A program made the translations under genes and the position numbers. Below the pieces are notes generated by a model. That model saw only the letters and a list, made by a program, of their open reading frames with translations, was not told where the DNA came from and did no database searches. A DNA stretch of 64,000 nt from a virus, in IMG/VR virus record IMGVR_UViG_3300037010_000793, positions 1 through 64,000 of that record, one strand, 5' to 3'. How positions within the stretch are numbered: position 1 is the first letter of the stretch; the number at the start of each line of letters is the position of its first letter. Positions 58,647 to 64,000 of this stretch are shown here, piece by piece.

Positions 58647-58711
58647 AAAAAGAATCCTATTTCAATCAAATAAATGTAATTATATCACACGTATTGAATA
58701 ATGTAAATCGT

Positions 58712-59203
58712 TTATTGTGATAAAATATCAGCAATGATTGCTTTTTGTGTATTACTAAGGTTACGTTTTTGTCCTAGTGAACTACAAGTTTCAATAATCT
58801 CTGCTTTACGCTTTTCGCTTGGCTGATCTGATACGTTGTAAAGAAAGTCAATTAGCTTTAATGTCAAAGCCCATGAACTCATTCCAAGCATCTTTTTCAA
58901 TTGATATGCACCCTTACCAATCAATTCAACCATTGTCTTATCGTTAGACAACTCTAACACAAGCGAGGCAACCAATGGGGTAGTTTGCTCTGCTAATTCA
59001 TGGAATGTAATATCGCAATCTTCAAGAACATCATGCAAAATCATAGCAGAAATGAGTTCATCAGCACGATGAGAATTCGGTTTGTACTTAGCTAGCAGAT
59101 ACGAACAACCGATAGGATGTGCAATGTATTCATGACCGTTACCTTTGCGGACTTGACCTTTGTGTAATTCATCTGCTAAGCGCATAGATTTTACTACTAA
59201 CAT
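58712..59203 (-). CDS. Small alarmone hydrolase-like HD protein (SpoT/Mesh1 HD domain)
   Basis: HKGQVRK..YIAHP, ILHDVLED, VLELS, KLIDFLYN. Confidence 0.85.
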   Translation of the reverse strand: MLVVKSMRLADELHKGQVRKGNGHEYIAHPIGCSYLLAKYKPNSHRADELISAMILHDVLEDCDITFHELAEQTTPLVASLVLELSNDKTMVELIGKGAYQLKKMLGMSSWALTLKLIDFLYNVSDQPSEKRKAEIIETCSSLGQKRNLSNTQKAIIADILSQ

Positions 59204-59229
59204 AATACTGTACCTCGGTGTGAATTAAT

Positions 59230-59280
59230 TTAACTTATAGATATTATAACATAGCACATACAAAAAGTACACTGTTTTGT
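59230..59280 (-). promoter_or_regulatory. Early promoter cassette, type A
   Basis: ttaacttatagatattataacatagc..aaaagtacactgttttg. Confidence 0.8.
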
Positions 59281-59308
59281 TAGTTATTTTATCATTTAAG
59301 CTTTACTT

Positions 59309-59620
59309 CTAATGACCATAGTTACACCCAAATTCAAAAACAATGTCTTCAATAGAATCAATTGTTACCATCCTATCAGTGTGACCGCAGCAGGTGATCA
59401 GTTTTCCGTATTCTTCTTCGTTATTATAAACTTCATCGCCGCAAGAAACAATACGAATACGAAAAGAATCTTGATAATTATCTTGATCAAATTCGTCAAC
59501 AAATCCCTGAAATTTAGTTAAAATATCAGTTGCTGATTGCGGTGTAAAAGCATTATGTAAGTTAGCAATACCTTCAGCAGATGCCAAGTCGAAAACTGTA
59601 ATTAATTCAGGCGATGTCAT
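59309..59620 (-). CDS. Hypothetical protein
   Basis: CCG...GCNYGH C-terminus. Confidence 0.6.
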   Translation of the reverse strand: MTSPELITVFDLASAEGIANLHNAFTPQSATDILTKFQGFVDEFDQDNYQDSFRIRIVSCGDEVYNNEEEYGKLITCCGHTDRMVTIDSIEDIVFEFGCNYGH

Positions 59621-59643
59621 TTGATTTTCATATCTCTATTTGT

Positions 59644-59693
59644 TTAACTTATGAGTATTATAACATAACTCCAGACAAAAGTATACTGTTTTG
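59644..59693 (-). promoter_or_regulatory. Early promoter cassette, type A
   Basis: ttaacttatgagtattataacataactc..aaaagtatactgttttg. Confidence 0.8.
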
Positions 59694-59700
59694 ATGAGTT

Positions 59701-60138
59701 TTATTTGTTATTGGTAGTAATATTATCTAGTTTGTGAGACACTAACTCTAGTTTTTTCTTAAGCAACTCACGTTCATCAATCAGCAGTTGACGCTTATTC
59801 TCCTGCGCTTGATTAAGACGTTTAGTCATGTCTTCAACTGTTTCCATCACAAAAAGATCGTATACAAGCGTTGTACAACAGTATGGATCAGTATCAATCC
59901 AACTAAACTCTAAAATCCATCCAACAGATGATGCCATTTCCTGCATGTTAGCTAATAGAAAAGTATACTCTTTTACATCCGTTACGACAGAGGCATCACC
60001 GTCCATAATAAGTTGAATACGGCTCCAATAACTAAGAAATGTAGAATATGCAGGACATTCACAACTGAGTTCTACACCAGTTTTATAAACATCTGCGTTA
60101 TGTCTTGACGATGATAATAAAATCTTTCTAGGTTGCAT
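59701..60138 (-). CDS. Hypothetical protein with C-terminal coiled coil
   Basis: SD AGGAG. Confidence 0.6.
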   Translation of the reverse strand: MQPRKILLSSSRHNADVYKTGVELSCECPAYSTFLSYWSRIQLIMDGDASVVTDVKEYTFLLANMQEMASSVGWILEFSWIDTDPYCCTTLVYDLFVMETVEDMTKRLNQAQENKRQLLIDERELLKKKLELVSHKLDNITTNNK

Positions 60139-60178
60139 ATATTAGTTACTCTCCTTTGTGCTAATTTCTAAATTCAGT

Positions 60179-60530
60179 TTACATCTCTAAATGCAATGGA
60201 TATCTCACATCCATAATATCAGGGTGTTGATAACGAGTACCAGCTTCTGTAGGATGAAAGCTGATGTCTGGTACCTCTACACCGCTGTCAACTGTTCTTC
60301 TGGTTTCTTAGGCTTTCAATTTATACCTTATCCCAAAATAAAGACTGGGTTGGTTTATCCATATCGTGATAGCCTTCTAATGTAAAATATTCATATTCAT
60401 TATTGCGGGAGAATCTTACATAGAGAGGATGATTAGCATGCTCATGTATAACAAGAATTTCACCCCAACCAAATATAGGTGAATAGACCTTGTCACCTTC
60501 TTTAGCATATTCAAATGTTTTAGTTAACAT
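60179..60530 (-). pseudogene. TFExAxxGDxV..GWG family, copy 3 (truncated)
   Basis: KTFEYAKEGDKVYSPIFGWG..QSLFWDKV*; a shifted frame downstream still reads GVEVPDISFHP. Confidence 0.7.
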
Positions 60531-60549
60531 ATTTTTGTTCTCCGTGTTG

Positions 60550-60600
60550 TTTGTTCATTTGATGGATACATTATATCAAGAACGTTAGGCAATGTAAACA
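60550..60600 (-). promoter_or_regulatory. Early promoter cassette, type B
   Basis: tttgttcatttgatggatacattata..gtaaaca. Confidence 0.72.
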
Positions 60601-60774
60601 GTTTTGTGAAAATATTTCAATTATTTTCAGTAGGTCCTATAATCGCCTCTACAACACCAAAATCTATACAATGGTAAAATACCTATCAGTCTAGCCGTTA
60701 GAGTTCAACCTGGGGACTTTATGGAGGTTTGATGGTGTATAAAGAAAAAGGCTGTATATTAAACATATTCAATA

Positions 60775-61074
60775 TTATTTTGTGTCCAGACTGTTAAACC
60801 GATTATTAGTCCAGCGGTTAATATTTTCCGGAATAGAATCAAATATAGAGATGACGTTGTATTTGTTAAGCAATATAGGACTCAAAAAATTGGACTTTAG
60901 TTCCATATTGTTTCTATCTTGATATACCGATGCCATATATAATTCTGCATTCGGTGCGCCAATAGAAAATCGAACATTATCAATATTCTTATTGATCCAT
61001 TTCATAGTAATATCGGGATGAAATTCATCCCTAGTTGTTAGAAAACAACACGATGGGCATTTTGTATTAACCAC
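60775..61074 (-). CDS. Hypothetical protein
   Basis: ORF only; start uncertain. Confidence 0.35.
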   Translation of the reverse strand: MVNTKCPSCCFLTTRDEFHPDITMKWINKNIDNVRFSIGAPNAELYMASVYQDRNNMELKSNFLSPILLNKYNVISIFDSIPENINRWTNNRFNSLDTK

Positions 61075-61170
61075 ATTGAGACCATAAATTTTACTGTTTC
61101 GTCTATCAATGTACCATTTAAATCAATAACTATGCATTTCGGTTTTGACAGATTTGGTACATATTGGTAA

Positions 61171-61422
61171 CTAACGTTGTAATCCATAATATTGTCTGAT
61201 TGCATATAAACCTGCTAAAATATCTTTAATTTGTTTTTCATGATCTGCTGGATAACCAAGATTTTCGGTAATTTGTTTAGTCTCCGGATCAAAATGTACC
61301 AATGTACCGTTTTTAATGTATATATTTTCTGGTACACATCCGCCTTCAATCTGATTGAGCGCATCAGCTAAATCAATAGTAACACTGGTTGATGCACGTA
61401 CAATTAATGTTTTCATAGGCAT
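61171..61422 (-). CDS. Hypothetical early protein
   Basis: SD GGAG; cassette at 61445..61495. Confidence 0.6.
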   Translation of the reverse strand: MPMKTLIVRASTSVTIDLADALNQIEGGCVPENIYIKNGTLVHFDPETKQITENLGYPADHEKQIKDILAGLYAIRQYYGLQR

Positions 61423-61564
61423 GAAGTCTCCGTACTCTTTGGTATTTGTTTATTTGATTGATATATTATAACAAGAACAATGGGTAACGTAAACAGCAAA
61501 AATGCAATTTTATGATAATATGATGGTGTATTTCTTTAATATGTAGTATTACCACTTCATTCAA

Positions 61565-62247
61565 CTGCAATAAAAATTAGACAGTGCGCATCTAATTCGA
61601 CTCATAATATATATATATATATATATGTTGATCTCTTTATAAAGCAATAAGATAAAATGCGCCAAGAATTGCTCGAGCTGTTTTCTTCAATACGATATCA
61701 GTATTCATATCAAATTGACTGATTTTATAGTAGTTTGAAAAGTCACGAGCAGCCAAGACTATACCTGTATCATTAATCTGTTTGACCCAATATTCTACAT
61801 TATATAATGTATCAACTGTGGTAAACTCGTCTGGATTGGGTAATATGACTTGCTTATCGTACCTACCGTAAAATTTAGCATGTTCTTCATCCCACAACAT
61901 CTCGCCGAGTTGCTTTGGATCGAACTCATGACCATTCCTAGCGTATAGACTGGATAGGCGGTTGTACCTAGTGGCAATATTCTCTTCGATAGTAGAATCG
62001 TTACCATAATCGTCGTTGGAAAAATCTCGTAAGTATTCTATTATAGTATTCTCCGAGTAGAATGTGTGGAACACCATACTTCTACCGTATGAAATTGGAA
62101 CCATGAAGTTACCTGTTTCAGATGAATACTCATACCCATTGCCAATAACAAACAATAGATGATACATCACATGTATTGGATATTGGTTAGTGCTTGGGCA
62201 GGTAGTCTGAGTTTCTCGAATGAACTGAGCCAACCAATTATCCCCAT
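61565..62247 (-). pseudogene. Degraded second copy of 45321..46016
   Basis: Frameshift just after the ATG (G-run), +1 T near 61640, (AT)10 expansion; homology continues past the stop. Confidence 0.75.
61607..61626. repeat. (AT)10 microsatellite
   Basis: Seen directly. Confidence 0.95.
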
Positions 62248-62461
62248 CAGTAAATTCCTGCTAATTATTACCATCACTGTTCTGAGATGTATCAGCCGTT
62301 GCAGACTCTTGCTCAATCATTTGTGTAGTGTTAAAAATATCTTTATTAAACTCTTCTGATACACAGTACTTACTAGCTAGTTCTTCCCATACATCGAATG
62401 ATTTTCTTGTTAGATCATTTGACAGCTGGCACGTTGTCATTTAGCAAATCTCCTAGCTAAG

Positions 62462-62931
62462 TTAACGAATACCGGGCATTGCTTTGGTATGAAGTATCGA
62501 TGCTTGTTTGCCTTCTTCTGTAAATGGATAGTATACAACATTGGTGCTTAGACGTTTATTTGTTGCATCTGGTAAGTAATATACATGACGATATAACTCT
62601 GAATAACTTAGTAAAGGGGCGTAACAGTCGATGTACGAATTAGGCTTAAAAGAAATATCTGGAATATCAACCCCATTAATTAGTTTCATACGAACTGGTT
62701 GTTCAGTTGCTTCGATTTTAATCTCTGTCCAGAACAACGTTCGATTTTGGTTATGAGTTTCTATACCTTGAAATGTATAGCTACGTGTATTATCATCGGA
62801 AAATTTAACCACGACAGGAAAAATACTAAAGCTTTGTGGTGATAGTCGTATTCCTACCACTTTACCCAACCGTAAACGATGGAAAAAACGTTATCGCCTG
62901 ATTGTGCGTTTTCAAATGTAGTTGTTTTCAT
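62462..62931 (-). pseudogene. TFExAxxGDxV..GWG family, copy 4 (one frameshift)
   Basis: ATG 62931 MKTTTFENAQSGDNVFSIVYGW; one G missing at about 62866, then GKVVG..RTLFW..LINGVDIPDISFKP. Confidence 0.75.
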
Positions 62932-62958
62932 ATACTATCACCTATTATTGGTTGTTAA

Positions 62959-63378
62959 TTATGATGCTTTTAACACGTTTGATACAAATTCTTCTAAATC
63001 ATCAAACTCACTGACAAGCCCATCATAACTGTAGGTGTTACTATAAGCCTTTGAGTACAAAATATCAAACACAGCGTCAGAAAGGTGTTTGTTTTCATCG
63101 CGCAATGCTTCTCTGAATAACTTCAATGCAGTATCTGATACTTTACGCTTAATTTCTTTGATATTAGCTACAAGATTAACTGAAGATACTGTAGCTGTTT
63201 TATCAACTAGAATAGAGAAAGCGGCTGCATCTTCATAGTTGCTAAATTCACGAACTTCACCGTTTTTGTAAGCATGATATACAAAATCTAACTTAACGGG
63301 TGTATTGGATTTGTAATCAGAATAAGAAACTTGGTTTTAAGTACAAGCGATCTTAACATATTCTTCAAATTTTTTCAT
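62959..63378 (-). pseudogene. 139-codon gene with an in-frame TAA at codon 14 (63337-63339)
   Basis: SD and promoter cassette present; MKKFEEYVKIACT*NQVS...SNVLKAS; frame otherwise open. Confidence 0.65.
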
Positions 63379-63399
63379 TTTGTTTCTTCCTACGTTCGT

Positions 63400-63450
63400 T
63401 TAACTTATGGATATTATAACATAGCTCAAGTCAAAAGTATACTGTTTTGT
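63400..63450 (-). promoter_or_regulatory. Early promoter cassette, type A
   Basis: 28 bp identical to the cassette at 44303. Confidence 0.8.
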
Positions 63451-63827
63451 TTAAAATTTTAGTAAACCATTAGTAGTATTCTGCTTGTTATAAAAGCTGA
63501 GCGATAACCTTCTTGAAAATCTAACTTAATACATGAGCAAAAGTATTTGGTAATTTGATGTCAACACTAAACCATTTTACGCGAGGTTCATTTCATTATC
63601 TCTCATTTATATACATTATAACCTATAGTAGCTACAGTTATTATCCATGTAAGTACCAGTGATAACATTGTAACTATCACTATCCAATACTGCTTCTACA
63701 CTACTTGAGTATACTTATGATATGATTAGATTAGCCTCATAGTCTGACATCTTCTGTGTTAGCCGGTATGTGCTAGGAACAGCAATGTCTTGCGACAATA
63801 TATAACCTATCAACTCTTTTATGTTTT

Positions 63828-64000
63828 TCATGTCTTGATACCTGCACCTGTATAGAAGTAGAAACCATCATGGTATTTCATAAAACCTGCATGGTATTTC
63901 ACAAAACCTGCCTTTAACCACTTAGGTAGTTCATCACACAATATGGGGTACTTTAACCCGTCCACTGGTACGGTAGGGTGGAATTCGTGGACGATTTCGA
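63828..64000 (-). CDS. C-terminal end of a hypothetical protein entering from the window edge
   Basis: Open frame ..PILCDELPKWLKAGFVKYHAGFMKYHDGFYFYTGAGIKT*, containing a 21-bp tandem duplication at 63870..63911. Confidence 0.45.
   Translation of the reverse strand, partial: EIVHEFHPTVPVDGLKYPILCDELPKWLKAGFVKYHAGFMKYHDGFYFYTGAGIKT

Noticed and set aside
18849-62007. Short same-strand nested ORFs (18849, 23381, 38030, 45064, 45566, 48996, 49680, 52779, 61795)
   Set aside because: Alternate-frame by-products inside better-supported genes; the 45566/61795 similarity simply reflects the gene duplication
3046-62359. All plus-strand ORFs in the track (e.g. 9266..9832, 31413..32138, 20245..20733)
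   Set aside because: They are antisense shadows of well-supported minus-strand genes, with no recognisable motifs
26369-63717. Stop-codon reassignment (TGA or TAA) as the explanation for in-frame stops
   Set aside because: TAA, TGA and TAG all terminate conserved core genes in this window; the disruptions are sporadic and mixed with indels
63895-63935. tRNA-like D-arm CCTAAGTGGTTAAAGGC on the minus strand
   Set aside because: No proper anticodon stem, T-arm or acceptor pairing; it lies in an open protein-like frame
63940-63950. CCCCATAT sigma-32 -10 box
   Set aside because: No TTGAAA at the proper spacing, and it lies within a probable CDS

Overview
A 64-kb, AT-rich segment of a large T4-like (Tevenvirinae-related, 'far-T4') myophage genome. 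Essentially every credible gene is on the minus strand. Left part (1-15.8 kb): baseplate/tail module (gp7 start, gp6, gp25, gp5, gp27-like, gp53, gp48, gp29-like tape measure with a tandem repeat, gp51, gp26, gp54), gp4, gp2, gp32, gp33-like, FmdB and RNase H. Middle part (15.9-41.4 kb): accessory and metabolic genes, including an LPP20-type lipoprotein pair, a KxDG ligase-like protein, a nuclease-like protein, a displaced gp13, a cytidylyltransferase, NAMPT-like and Prs-like genes (NAD+ reconstitution), an HD/P-loop kinase pair, DNA ligase, a GNAT, a Ter/TelA cluster, frd, td, a protein phosphatase, a phage-encoded RpoH (sigma-32) and an ADP-ribosyltransferase. Right part (41.4-64 kb): a hypervariable early region of small genes, many behind near-identical promoter cassettes. 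It contains paralog families, a radical SAM gene with an 'FETNSSS' partner, and several disrupted genes. Best leads: the phage sigma-32 with altered recognition residues; a set of enzymes with T4-type capsid-targeting N-termini, including one gene hidden in-frame inside another; the radical SAM/NSSS pair; a four-copy Tudor-like early family; and a two-copy covarying hairpin element. All assignments come from motif recognition by eye; no searches were run. No tRNA, rRNA or CRISPR array was found.
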